Origin: a virus
Lineage: Duplodnaviria > Heunggongvirae > Uroviricota > Caudoviricetes
IMG/VR virus record: IMGVR_UViG_2541047828_000005
Span: 1 to 47,619 of that record
DNA: 47,619 nt
Strand: one strand, 5' to 3'
The stretch's first letter is position 1. The number at the start of each line of letters is the position of its first letter. Positions 29,771 through 39,449 of the stretch are shown piece by piece. Made by a program: the position numbers and the translations under genes. The notes under the pieces were generated by a model. It was not told the DNA's origin, did no database searches, and worked only from the letters and a program-made list of their open reading frames with translations.

Positions 29771-30253
29771 ATGAAACTGTACATCGCCAACACTACCAAG
29801 CAGCGCCACATCTTCACTTTCCGCCAGCTGGAAACCGGGCGCCTTCGCCAGATCCCCATTGAGCACGGCTCACAGATGCTGGTTCTGGATGGCTCGACCG
29901 AAGAAGTCGAAGCGGTTATTCAGCATCATCAGGTTTACGGTCTGGTTGACTCAACCAAAATCGACCAGAGCCAGGCATTTGTCGGCCTGTGCTACAGCAT
30001 CAACAAACCCGTTTCCGCCAGCGTTATTGAGAAAACCATTCGCGATAACGATGGTCATCTGACCCGCGGGGCTCATAACCGCCGGCAGGCATCCGTCGCC
30101 GCGCTGGATAACACACTGCGCGAAAGCGGTATCGGCTACGAAGGTGACATGGAATTCAGCGCAGAGCAGGCCAAGGGGCGCGATGACCATTCAGACGACC
30201 CGACCATCAACGAAAAAATTGTCACGCCGAAAGCCGGGAGCAAGAAGAAATGA
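29771..30253 (+). CDS. Hypothetical head-tail joining region protein, 160 aa
   Basis: ORF in structural operon. Confidence 0.4.
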   Translation: MKLYIANTTKQRHIFTFRQLETGRLRQIPIEHGSQMLVLDGSTEEVEAVIQHHQVYGLVDSTKIDQSQAFVGLCYSINKPVSASVIEKTIRDNDGHLTRGAHNRRQASVAALDNTLRESGIGYEGDMEFSAEQAKGRDDHSDDPTINEKIVTPKAGSKKK

Positions 30254-30678
30254 CCACCAGTCTGTCGGGATTCATCGAATTCGTTCGATCTGATATGGGA
30301 ATCACCCCCGACCAGGTTCCCGACGACTCGCCGTCTTTTTCTCTCGCCTATGGCGGCGCCATTGAATGGGTTAACCCGGACATCGCGTGCGTTATGCCTA
30401 ACGTGTACAGCATCGCGGTTTATAACCTTGGGGCATCGTTTCTCATCAATTACGGGACAGAGGCTGTGTTTGCTGAGTTCCGTAAACAATATGGGCTGAA
30501 TGACTTCAAAGCCGGGGTTATCACGGGAGCCGGGGATAACTCTACCAGCGCACAGCGCCTGGTCCCTGATTTCTTCAAAGACCTGTCGCTGGCAGATCTG
30601 CAGATGCTCCAGGACCCGTGGGGCCGTCGCTACCTGATGTTCGCTCAGCAGTTCGGGAGCCTGTGGGGTCTGACATGA
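30250..30678 (+). CDS. Hypothetical structural protein, 142 aa
   Basis: Overlapping start/stop with neighbours. Confidence 0.4.
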   Translation: MTTSLSGFIEFVRSDMGITPDQVPDDSPSFSLAYGGAIEWVNPDIACVMPNVYSIAVYNLGASFLINYGTEAVFAEFRKQYGLNDFKAGVITGAGDNSTSAQRLVPDFFKDLSLADLQMLQDPWGRRYLMFAQQFGSLWGLT

Positions 30679-31109
30679 TCACCTTTCATCTGGGCGTTAT
30701 CGATATCCCCTACGAGGACGAGGACACCACGACGGGGAGCGTAGCGGAAGAGCTGGAAGCGAGGTATCAGATTATGCAGACGTTCTTTGACCGCTACGGG
30801 AACGACATCGCTGAGCTGATGAGCAAAGACCTGGCCGCAGCGCTTGAAAACATGTTCGCTGGCGCGCCGCCGGCAAAAGACCCGCTCGCTGAGTCAATGT
30901 CCAAAGTTCACGATCTCTTTGTCGGCTTCCTCGATAACACCGAGATGAACGGCCTCCCTGGCGTACCAACGCGCCGCGCGCTTGAGGGAATATCGAAGCG
31001 CTTTAAAGGCAAAAAGGGGCCGCCACGCCCTTCGTTCATTGACACAGGAACCTATCAGGCAGCTATGCGAGCCTGGGTAAGCGGGGTGCTGAATGCCTTC
31101 CCTGAGTGA
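30675..31109 (+). CDS. Hypothetical structural protein, 144 aa
   Basis: Start at MITFHLG overlapping previous stop (ATGA). Confidence 0.4.
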   Translation: MITFHLGVIDIPYEDEDTTTGSVAEELEARYQIMQTFFDRYGNDIAELMSKDLAAALENMFAGAPPAKDPLAESMSKVHDLFVGFLDNTEMNGLPGVPTRRALEGISKRFKGKKGPPRPSFIDTGTYQAAMRAWVSGVLNAFPE

Positions 31110-32031
31110 GTTACAGAACGCCAAAACCGAGCTTAACGCTACCCTGACACAGGGGCTGGATGATCTGAGCCGGTTCCAGGTGGTGACGTTCACGAAGTAC
31201 ATCAGAAAGGTACTTCCGCTCGATGGATTCGTGTTCTGGGTTAAAGCCTCGGTCCTGTCTGACGATCCGAACAATGAGCCGGATACGGTGGATGTGAAGG
31301 GCTATCTGCACCTGACGACAGAAACCATTCAGGACGACGAGCAGCTGTACGATCGCAACGTGGTGACGTTCACCGCGCAGGCGGACATCGACCCGTTTAA
31401 CGACATCGGGTCAGAGGTGCTGTACATCGGCGAGTTTTTTGGCGTGCAGTTCTCGTTCTCCCGGCGTACCGGGCTGAATGAACCGGCGAACCTGTACCAC
31501 TATACTGGAGAGGCTATTTTTCCGCACATGCGGTCGCAGATCATCAACTCTGCGGATGACATAGACCTCTCTGACGTGGTGGTGTCGAGCTCGTTGCCGA
31601 TCTGGTTGGCCCTGAATCAGTACATGCCGATGTTCCCGGCGATGCTCTCAACGCAGAACCTTTCGCCGCCCTATGCGACAGTGAAATGCAGTAACACGTC
31701 ACCGATCGCCGGCGCGTTCTATCTGGACGAGAAGCAAAACCAGTATCAGCTGGTAACGGAAGATGTCACGCTTTCGGTCACCGGCCTGCGTAACGCCAGC
31801 ATTGAAGACTTCGTGCGGTATGTGCAGGACTATACGACCGGAGATGCCCCGGAGATGGGGATCATGAATATTCCCGTCGTGCAGGATGAGCGAGTCACTC
31901 AGAACGAGCTCAACATCATCGCCATGCGTAAGACCATCAAATTCAAAATCAATTATTACCAGCAACGGATGCGTAACTTAGCGCGCCAGCTGATCACGTC
32001 TGCAATTCCGTCCATTGACCCGGAGAAATAA
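31093..32031 (+). CDS. Hypothetical structural protein, 312 aa
   Basis: ORF in structural operon. Confidence 0.4.
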   Translation: MPSLSELQNAKTELNATLTQGLDDLSRFQVVTFTKYIRKVLPLDGFVFWVKASVLSDDPNNEPDTVDVKGYLHLTTETIQDDEQLYDRNVVTFTAQADIDPFNDIGSEVLYIGEFFGVQFSFSRRTGLNEPANLYHYTGEAIFPHMRSQIINSADDIDLSDVVVSSSLPIWLALNQYMPMFPAMLSTQNLSPPYATVKCSNTSPIAGAFYLDEKQNQYQLVTEDVTLSVTGLRNASIEDFVRYVQDYTTGDAPEMGIMNIPVVQDERVTQNELNIIAMRKTIKFKINYYQQRMRNLARQLITSAIPSIDPEK

Positions 32032-32035
32032 GTAA

Positions 32036-33430
32036 ATGGCAATTGTTAATATTAACGTGTCGGTGACGAATCCGCCGAAGCCCTCGCAGTTGTTAAAGTC
32101 CGGGGCGATGATTTCTATGGGCGGCACGACGCTGAATGCCGGTGAATATCAGCTGCTGACCAGTGAAACCGACCTGGCCGACATTCTCGCACCGGCGAAA
32201 ACCATCTCGACGCTCGCCTGGGCTACTGGCGTGGTAACGGTCACGCTGGCTGCCGCTCACGGATGGACTAACGGTTCACAGGTCCCGGTGATCATCTCCG
32301 GCGCGACTCCGGCGGGGTACAATGGCGCCTATACCGCTACGGTGACAGGTGCCAACACCTTCACCTATCCGCTGACGGCCAACCCAGGAACCGCAACGGC
32401 AATGGGAACGGTAAAAACGGTAGTGCAGACCGAAATTTCCCAGATGAATACTTCGTTCTGGTCCCAGGGCAAAACGCGGGCTGTTTATGTGCTGGAACTG
32501 GGCGATGTGTCCATGAAGGAAGCTGTAGCAGTGCTGAAAACCTTCATTGCTGAAGACGTCTCCCTGGGTAACACCTACCAGAAGTTTTTATCCTATCTGG
32601 TGCCGCGCGAATGGGATTCGGTCGATGAATTTAAAACCCTGACCAGCCTCTATACTTCGCCGGGAAGTCTGGTTTACTTCTTTGTCACCACAACGATCGC
32701 GACCTATGAAGCGTGGACAGCGACGAAAAACAAAACTGTCTTTGCTGGCGTCGAGGCTCCGGATATTCCGGCTAGCGAGTTTTCCATGGCCGGCCCGTTC
32801 CAGTCATCCCTGGCAAACGACTCGGGGTCGAGCAACATGGTGCCGCCGATGTCGTACCGCTTTATGTACGGCCTGACTGAGTATCCGCTGGAAGGCAACA
32901 GCGCACTGCTGAAATCGCTTCAGGACAGCAACATCAACTACATCGGTACCGGCGCCGAAGGTGGTCTCAGTAACAAAGTGCTGTTCACCGGCCGCATGCT
33001 CGACGGTAACCCGTTCAACTACTGGTATTCGGTGGCGTGGACGGCGATCAACCTTGAGCTCGACCTGGCGAATGAAATCATCAACGGCTCCAACACGACC
33101 GTTAACCCGCTGTACTACGAGCAGAAGGGCATTGACCGCCTACAGCGTCGCGCTCTGAAAACCTTGCGTAATGGCATCAGCTACGGGCTGATCCTCGGTC
33201 GCGTCATTGACACGCAACTGACGCAGGAAGATTTCAACACCGAGTATGACAAAGGCACTTACGCCGGCAACGCCGTGATCAACGCCGTGCCGTTCAGTAA
33301 CTACAACAGCCTGAACCCCTCCGATTACCAGGAAGGCAAATATAACGGGCTGAGCGCCGTCATGACGCCGCGCCGCGGCTTCGAATCCATCACGTTTAAC
33401 GTGAACGTAACGAACTTTGTAGGGGCGTAA
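32036..33430 (+). CDS. Putative contractile tail sheath protein, 464 aa
   Basis: Gene order sheath-tube-chaperone-tape measure (Mu-like); size; not motif-verified. Confidence 0.45.
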   Translation: MAIVNINVSVTNPPKPSQLLKSGAMISMGGTTLNAGEYQLLTSETDLADILAPAKTISTLAWATGVVTVTLAAAHGWTNGSQVPVIISGATPAGYNGAYTATVTGANTFTYPLTANPGTATAMGTVKTVVQTEISQMNTSFWSQGKTRAVYVLELGDVSMKEAVAVLKTFIAEDVSLGNTYQKFLSYLVPREWDSVDEFKTLTSLYTSPGSLVYFFVTTTIATYEAWTATKNKTVFAGVEAPDIPASEFSMAGPFQSSLANDSGSSNMVPPMSYRFMYGLTEYPLEGNSALLKSLQDSNINYIGTGAEGGLSNKVLFTGRMLDGNPFNYWYSVAWTAINLELDLANEIINGSNTTVNPLYYEQKGIDRLQRRALKTLRNGISYGLILGRVIDTQLTQEDFNTEYDKGTYAGNAVINAVPFSNYNSLNPSDYQEGKYNGLSAVMTPRRGFESITFNVNVTNFVGA

Positions 33431-33433
33431 AAA

Positions 33434-33871
33434 ATGGCGAACCCATTAGTACCGCAGGGCTTTCTTAACCGCGTACGCGGGGCTCTTTCCGTCACGGATA
33501 CACCGGCGCTGAACGTTTCGGCGTCGTACCTGGCAAAGGACGGCATTAGCCTGCGTCCGGATGGCCCAGCGACCGACATCATCCCTACGATGACCGGCAC
33601 CGTCGGCAGCCAGGCGCCGTATCAGCAGGTAACGCTGACCGTGCATCTTCTGAAAACTCAGGGGCTGGGCGAAAGCTACCGGCAGCGCTTTTTAACCGAC
33701 ACGTCGCTGGGTGAAATCGTGGTGACGCCGGATGCAACGACGTTCGGCAATATCACGCTGCTCAACTGCTACCTGGTCAACTTCAACGAGCTGGCTTTTA
33801 GCGGGATGGACCCGGCTTTTGTGGTAACCATCAGCGGCTACATGGTCACTAACGACAACATGTGGGTGTAA
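33434..33871 (+). CDS. Putative tail tube protein, 145 aa
   Basis: Size and position after sheath candidate. Confidence 0.45.
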   Translation: MANPLVPQGFLNRVRGALSVTDTPALNVSASYLAKDGISLRPDGPATDIIPTMTGTVGSQAPYQQVTLTVHLLKTQGLGESYRQRFLTDTSLGEIVVTPDATTFGNITLLNCYLVNFNELAFSGMDPAFVVTISGYMVTNDNMWV

Positions 33872-33874
33872 TGC

Positions 33875-34447
33875 ATGAAAATCGACAAGAAACTGAATCT
33901 GGTCACCAGCGTTACCCGCGATGACGGCTCGATCGTTTACCTGCATGTGACGCCATTCCCCTATGAGGTGGTGGAAGAACACTGCATCCTGCTGGGGAAC
34001 CTGTTCACAAAATTCATCTCGCAGGTGGGTGGTCTTGGCGCCGCCAGAATCGCCGCGATGATGCTGAGGCAGAGCCTGAAAGCGGAAATCGATAACGGTC
34101 GGGCAGGCCCGAACATCGTAGATGAAATTCAGCGACTGACGGTCGTTATCCATAACGTCGGCGGCCAGTGGAAAACCACACCCCTTGAGGTGGCATTTAA
34201 TCAGGGGATTATCGACCCTGATGAGTATCGTGAGATCGAAGGCGAAGTGGTTTTTTTTATGGTTTCCTCTGCTATTCAGAAGGCAAACCTGATCGCACCG
34301 ACCGTGGGAACGGTGATCAAAATGTACGATGGGCAACTAACCTCATCGAGCGTTACGGCGTTCCGCGATTCGTTGCAGACGTCGAAGCCGGTTACCGATA
34401 CCCAGACCCAGAATGCCCAGCCGGAAACATCATTTATACCCTCTTAG
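33875..34447 (+). CDS. Putative tail assembly chaperone (G-type), 190 aa
   Basis: Immediately upstream of tape measure gene; overlapped by a -1 frame ORF. Confidence 0.5.
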   Translation: MKIDKKLNLVTSVTRDDGSIVYLHVTPFPYEVVEEHCILLGNLFTKFISQVGGLGAARIAAMMLRQSLKAEIDNGRAGPNIVDEIQRLTVVIHNVGGQWKTTPLEVAFNQGIIDPDEYREIEGEVVFFMVSSAIQKANLIAPTVGTVIKMYDGQLTSSSVTAFRDSLQTSKPVTDTQTQNAQPETSFIPS

Positions 34448-34578
34448 ACTGGGCGTCTAATGAGGGCTTCTGGCAGGTGATAAGGGAGATCACCGGCGAG
34501 GAGTATGCCAGCCCGGCGCAGTACCGGCAGCGCTACCTTCTCGCCGCGCTCAAAGAAAGAGGTTTCTTCAATGGTAGC
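34234..34578 (+). other. Candidate programmed -1 frameshift extension of the chaperone (slippery T8 at 34251-34258; -1 frame open 34234-34578)
   Basis: Heptamer T TTT TTT in zero frame; 114-codon overlapping -1 ORF without SD or start codon, ending just inside the tape measure gene. Confidence 0.45.
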
Positions 34579-36388
34579 TAAGTCGATCGTCGACATTGAC
34601 GTAAATGACGACAAGTTTGTCGCGTTTATGGAAAGGTTTCGCGAGTACCAGAGCGCGCTGGATGATTTACCGGAAGCCTGGCGGGTAGCTGCCGTTGGTA
34701 TTGGCGAAAGCAGCAAGCAGACCGAAAAGGCCAAAGGTGAGACGAAGGAGTTAGGCGCGGAGTTTAATGCCGTGGCCGAGGCCATTCTGACTATCAACAG
34801 TGGTATCGATCGGCTCAATACCAACCTGGAAGACTCGAAGAAAAAGCAGGACGAATTCAACAAAAGTACTCGCTCTGCGAAGGGATTCCTCAGCGATGCG
34901 ACGAAAGACGCTAAATCGCTGGCAGGGCATATCAAGGAAGCGACGGCCAGCCTTCTGTCATGGGGTGGCATTGTCGGGATATTTACCGGCGTCCTTGGCG
35001 TTGGCGGCCTGTTCGGCATCAACCGGCTGGCTGCCACCACCGGTGCCCAGCGGTTTACTTCTCTCGGGCTTGGGACGAGTATCGGCGCACTTGATTCCAC
35101 CGCCATAAACTACCAGAAAGCACTCGGTAATCCGACGGGTACGCTGGGCGCTATCCGCGATTCGCAAATGGACCTGTCGAAGCGCTGGACGTTTCAGGCG
35201 ATGGGGATTAACAACCCCGACCAGGACCCGGCCAAACTGCTCCCGCAGATGATCCGTAATGCGCGCGATATCTTCGTGCAGAACGGCAGCACGCTGCAGG
35301 GCGCACAGGCGCACGGCCTGACAAACTTCTTTACACTGGACGACCTGAACCGCTTCAAAAACATGAGCGATGAAGAGATCACCGCCATGGAGAAGCGCGC
35401 GCAGCAGGATGCGCGTATGTTGCAAATTACCGACCAGCAGGCGCGCCAGTGGCAGGATTTTAACGTCCAGCTCGACTACAGCAGCCAGAGCATCAGGAAT
35501 ACGTTTGTGCGCGGCCTGGGTCCTCTCACACCTCAACTGAGAAAACTGTCTGATGCGCTGTCAGGCGCGATCGATACCGTCCTGAAATCCCCCGAACTCG
35601 GCAAGTGGATTGATGCGCTTGCCGGCGGCATTGAGCGATTCGGTAATTACCTCGCTTCTCCTGAATTTTCCACAGATGTAAGCAACTTTATGGACAAAGT
35701 AGAGAAAATGGGAAATCTAATTGGCAAGGTTATTGATTGGGTAACAGGGAAAGCGAGTATCTCTACTGCGGATATATCATCCGGGTCAACGATGTTGAGC
35801 CCAAGCACCATCATCGATCCGAAAACGGGAAAATCCTATACTCCTGGAAGCAATGATGACCCGCATGTATGGGGCTGGCTCAAGGGTGTTAGGCGCTTCT
35901 TTGAAGATGGAACCGTTAAAGCTGTTGATCCCACACCTGCAAATACTTCCGACAGAAACAGGACTATTGCAGATCGATTTAATAATCCGGGAAATCTGCG
36001 GTGGGCTGAAGGATATAGCAGCGAGAATACGAGAAGCGGTAAATTTGCCGTCTTCCCAACGCTGGATGAAGGCGTACTGGCGGCGACAAAGCAACTTCAA
36101 ATGTATGGCGCTAAAGGAATAAATACGGTAGGAGATATTGTAAGAAAATGGGCTCCTCCTAAGGAAAATAATACCGCTGAGTATATTCGGCATGTGGTTA
36201 AAACTACTGGATTTAATGAGAATCAGAAACTGAATCTCAATGATCCTCAGGTTATCGCGAAACTCATTTCTGCTATATCTCAAAAAGAAGGGGCTGGTAG
36301 CAGAGTTTCTGAGAGCACAGTCATTCAGATCTATAACAATACCGGTGGGAATGCAGTGGTAACTTCAGCGCAATTGGGGGCGAGGTAA
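34571..36388 (+). CDS. Putative tail tape measure protein, 605 aa
   Basis: Position after chaperone; start at MVAKS with AAAGAGG SD. Confidence 0.6.
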   Translation: MVAKSIVDIDVNDDKFVAFMERFREYQSALDDLPEAWRVAAVGIGESSKQTEKAKGETKELGAEFNAVAEAILTINSGIDRLNTNLEDSKKKQDEFNKSTRSAKGFLSDATKDAKSLAGHIKEATASLLSWGGIVGIFTGVLGVGGLFGINRLAATTGAQRFTSLGLGTSIGALDSTAINYQKALGNPTGTLGAIRDSQMDLSKRWTFQAMGINNPDQDPAKLLPQMIRNARDIFVQNGSTLQGAQAHGLTNFFTLDDLNRFKNMSDEEITAMEKRAQQDARMLQITDQQARQWQDFNVQLDYSSQSIRNTFVRGLGPLTPQLRKLSDALSGAIDTVLKSPELGKWIDALAGGIERFGNYLASPEFSTDVSNFMDKVEKMGNLIGKVIDWVTGKASISTADISSGSTMLSPSTIIDPKTGKSYTPGSNDDPHVWGWLKGVRRFFEDGTVKAVDPTPANTSDRNRTIADRFNNPGNLRWAEGYSSENTRSGKFAVFPTLDEGVLAATKQLQMYGAKGINTVGDIVRKWAPPKENNTAEYIRHVVKTTGFNENQKLNLNDPQVIAKLISAISQKEGAGSRVSESTVIQIYNNTGGNAVVTSAQLGAR

Positions 36389-37098
36389 TGGGATTCACAC
36401 GTGAAATGTATAAGCTGGGTTTTGAAATATCCCCAGTAATACTTTGCGGAGGGATAGCGCAGGCCATTCCTGGAGGAATGCTCCCGATCGTCGCTTTGAC
36501 GCAGAGCGCGAGCTTTGTTACGGGACTGCTTGGAGGAGCCATAAACCTAACCGATCTGGATAAATATTTCTGCCACTGGCGCCCGGTTCAGGGCGCCACA
36601 ATGGTTGATTATGAAATTGCCAGATACCCTTTCGCCAACCAGGTAGTAGCTGCGAACGCCTTGCTTGCTCAGCCTTTGCGCGTTTCGTTGGTAATGGAGG
36701 CTCCGGTCAATGAAAACACCGGGGCGATGACAAAGCTCGTCACTATGAGTGCTTTGCAGTCTGTCCTTCAGGCGCATTCTAACTTAGGCGGCACGTTTAT
36801 CGTCGCCACCCCATCCGTTATCTATAGCAACTGCATTTTGCGTGTCGTGAGGGACATCACTTCTGGTAATGATCCATTACCACAGCGTTCATGGATATGG
36901 GATTTCGAGCAGCCACTGATAACCGATAATGGTGCAGAGCAGGCTGTGAACAATTTTTTAAACAAGATTGGCGCCGGGGATATGGTAACCGACCCATCCT
37001 GGACTAATACCGCCAATGCTCTTGGCAACACGCCACTCGGGAGCTCTGTATCGGAAGCAATAACCGGCCTATTGGGTAAGTTGGGGGTAGGGCCATGA
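36388..37098 (+). CDS. Putative tail/baseplate protein, 236 aa
   Basis: Mu-like gene order. Confidence 0.4.
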   Translation: MGFTREMYKLGFEISPVILCGGIAQAIPGGMLPIVALTQSASFVTGLLGGAINLTDLDKYFCHWRPVQGATMVDYEIARYPFANQVVAANALLAQPLRVSLVMEAPVNENTGAMTKLVTMSALQSVLQAHSNLGGTFIVATPSVIYSNCILRVVRDITSGNDPLPQRSWIWDFEQPLITDNGAEQAVNNFLNKIGAGDMVTDPSWTNTANALGNTPLGSSVSEAITGLLGKLGVGP

Positions 37099-37373
37099 CA
37101 ACCCAGAATTATCCGTTTACCGGCAATGATCGTCAAAGCATGACTTTTACACCGATCCTTGATGGCACCGTCTATAACTGCCAGGTCAAATGGAACATTG
37201 CCGGGATGAGGTGGTATGTCCTCATAACAGATGGCTCTGGGAATACCATTCTAAATACCCCGCTCGTTGGCTCCGTGCTTAACGGTGGAATAAATATTAT
37301 CTCCGGAGTGTTTAATTCGTCCTCCATGTACTGGCGCGAGCAGAATGGACAGATTGAGGTAAACAGCTCATGA
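37095..37373 (+). CDS. Small tail protein, 92 aa
   Basis: ORF in operon. Confidence 0.4.
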   Translation: MTTQNYPFTGNDRQSMTFTPILDGTVYNCQVKWNIAGMRWYVLITDGSGNTILNTPLVGSVLNGGINIISGVFNSSSMYWREQNGQIEVNSS

Positions 37374-38407
37374 GATATTATGATATTGAGATAACCATTC
37401 CTGCTGAAGGCGCTTCTCCGGAAAGAACGATAAAATACAGTAGCCATAAGAACGGAGTTTACAACCCAGGCGCCCTGATGATTGAGTTTGATATCCTCAG
37501 GTACGGTGAATCGACTCCCCAGGGCGAGACTCACCTGGCCATCTGGGGTATTGGCCCAAAAGAAATGCAGCAGGCTCGCCAGAATTTTTTTGGCAAAAAA
37601 ATTAAAATATTCCTTGGGATGAAAGACGGGCTGCCATTGGCTGGCAAGGTTACCGCACCAAAACTGGTATTGGATGGCGTGATAAATCAGGTCTTTGGTA
37701 ACTGGCAGGGTATTGAGTTACGACTTGACTTCATAATCGTGGTTGGTCCTGTCCAGAACGTGCCAAATAACAAACCCGTACCCCTTCCTTTAACCTTTGA
37801 CTGGAAGGAGGGGCAGAAGCTTTCTGTAGCCCTCACGCAGTGTTTTATGAACATCAGAGGGTATACATTCAATATCAACATAAGCGACCGGCTAATCCTT
37901 AATCATTACCGGGGGCTGTTTTGTGATGACATTGTCACCCTGGCCAAGGACCTTAATGCTTTTTCACGTTCCAGAATTCGCGATAGCGGGTACTCTGGTG
38001 TAGAGATCGCAATAGTGAATGGTAATGAGATCCGGGTATGGGATAACGATTATGATAACCACCCGGATAAGACTTCTGTTTCCAGCGCCGTAGCCAGAAG
38101 CAACAGCCCAACCCAAATAGATTTCAAGGATTTGATAGGGCAGCCGACATGGGTGGCATTTAACACAATCAGCATGGCGTGCGTAATGCGCGGTGATATT
38201 CAGGTTGGCGATCACATCCTGATGCCTAAAAAAAGCACTCCGTTGATACAGGCCTCTTCGTACTCTCAGTATCGAGAAGACTCTGCCTTTACTGGCGACT
38301 TTATTGTGAACTCCGTTCGCCTGTTAGGGAATAGCAGGCAACCAACGGCAGAGGCATGGGTAACAATTATTGAGGCTTCCCCTTTCATTAAGGCAGGTAG
38401 TGCATGA
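37370..38407 (+). CDS. Putative baseplate hub protein, 345 aa
   Basis: Mu gpP-like position and size. Confidence 0.5.
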   Translation: MRYYDIEITIPAEGASPERTIKYSSHKNGVYNPGALMIEFDILRYGESTPQGETHLAIWGIGPKEMQQARQNFFGKKIKIFLGMKDGLPLAGKVTAPKLVLDGVINQVFGNWQGIELRLDFIIVVGPVQNVPNNKPVPLPLTFDWKEGQKLSVALTQCFMNIRGYTFNINISDRLILNHYRGLFCDDIVTLAKDLNAFSRSRIRDSGYSGVEIAIVNGNEIRVWDNDYDNHPDKTSVSSAVARSNSPTQIDFKDLIGQPTWVAFNTISMACVMRGDIQVGDHILMPKKSTPLIQASSYSQYREDSAFTGDFIVNSVRLLGNSRQPTAEAWVTIIEASPFIKAGSA

Positions 38408-39120
38408 GCATCGACAACAAGCTTAATTTTGCCTCAAGCATGAACAGGTTTACTGAAAGAAAAATTGAAAATGCGCTTCAAAAATCAGGGAAAGTTCTTC
38501 CGGCGAGCGTGGTTAAGCAAACTGGGAATATGATCACCGTCTCCTTCGAGCTAAGGGATATCCCATATGTTTTGCCGCAAGTGACTATCCCCTTATTTGG
38601 CCCTCAATATATTCGTTACCCTATGCAGCCGGGAGATAAGGGGATTGTTATCCCCGCAGATACTTACATTGGCGGCGTTAGCGGTCAGGGAGGCGGCATT
38701 GCAGATATGACTCCGCCAGCAAACTTAAGCGCCCTCGTTTTCTTGCCGATCAGTAATACCGAGTGGCAGGGTGTCGACGGACAGGTGGTGACGGTATACG
38801 GGCCGGAGGGTGTAACGCTGCGCGACAGTGGCAGCAACACGACGTTTCTCCTGAAGCCTGACAGCATCGCCATTTCCACACCTGACAGCTTCACCGTCAC
38901 CGTTGGCGGGACAGTTTTCTCACTGACGGGTAGCAAATGGAGCCTTTCAGGCCAGGCTGGTCACCTGCAGGATTCAGTGGCCAGTACTAGCCCTGCAATC
39001 ATGCACGCCGGGTGGCAGTCGCTTCTGACCTGGCTTAACAGCCATGAACATTCAAACGGCAACGATGGAAATGATACCGGGGGGCCGACTTCAACGTTTA
39101 ACGGGAGTATCACCGAGTGA
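38404..39120 (+). CDS. Putative baseplate spike/assembly protein V-like, 238 aa
   Basis: Position and size. Confidence 0.5.
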   Translation: MSIDNKLNFASSMNRFTERKIENALQKSGKVLPASVVKQTGNMITVSFELRDIPYVLPQVTIPLFGPQYIRYPMQPGDKGIVIPADTYIGGVSGQGGGIADMTPPANLSALVFLPISNTEWQGVDGQVVTVYGPEGVTLRDSGSNTTFLLKPDSIAISTPDSFTVTVGGTVFSLTGSKWSLSGQAGHLQDSVASTSPAIMHAGWQSLLTWLNSHEHSNGNDGNDTGGPTSTFNGSITE

Positions 39121-39449
39121 GAACCTATGGCCGAAACTCTGAGGGGAAGTGGGTCCTGGTGGAAACCGACGAAAATGGGTTTAATGACTTGGTGTATTTA
39201 ACCACCCTGATCCAGAATCTGAAACTGGCGCCGCAGGAGTCACCCTTTTATGCGAACAACGGAATACCGGCCGCCGGGTCGGTGATCCAGCAAATCCTGC
39301 CGACGTATTACGTAAACCGTATTCAGAAACAGTTCAGCCAGTATTTTTCCTCGCTGCAGATTGCACTGATCAGCGACGACCCGCCTGTTTATAACATCTC
39401 GGCAATCACAAACGCAGGTTCAAAAATAATTACACAGGTGGCCGTATGA
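39117..39449 (+). CDS. Putative baseplate wedge protein (gpW/gp25-like), 110 aa
   Basis: Position and size. Confidence 0.45.
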   Translation: MRTYGRNSEGKWVLVETDENGFNDLVYLTTLIQNLKLAPQESPFYANNGIPAAGSVIQQILPTYYVNRIQKQFSQYFSSLQIALISDDPPVYNISAITNAGSKIITQVAV

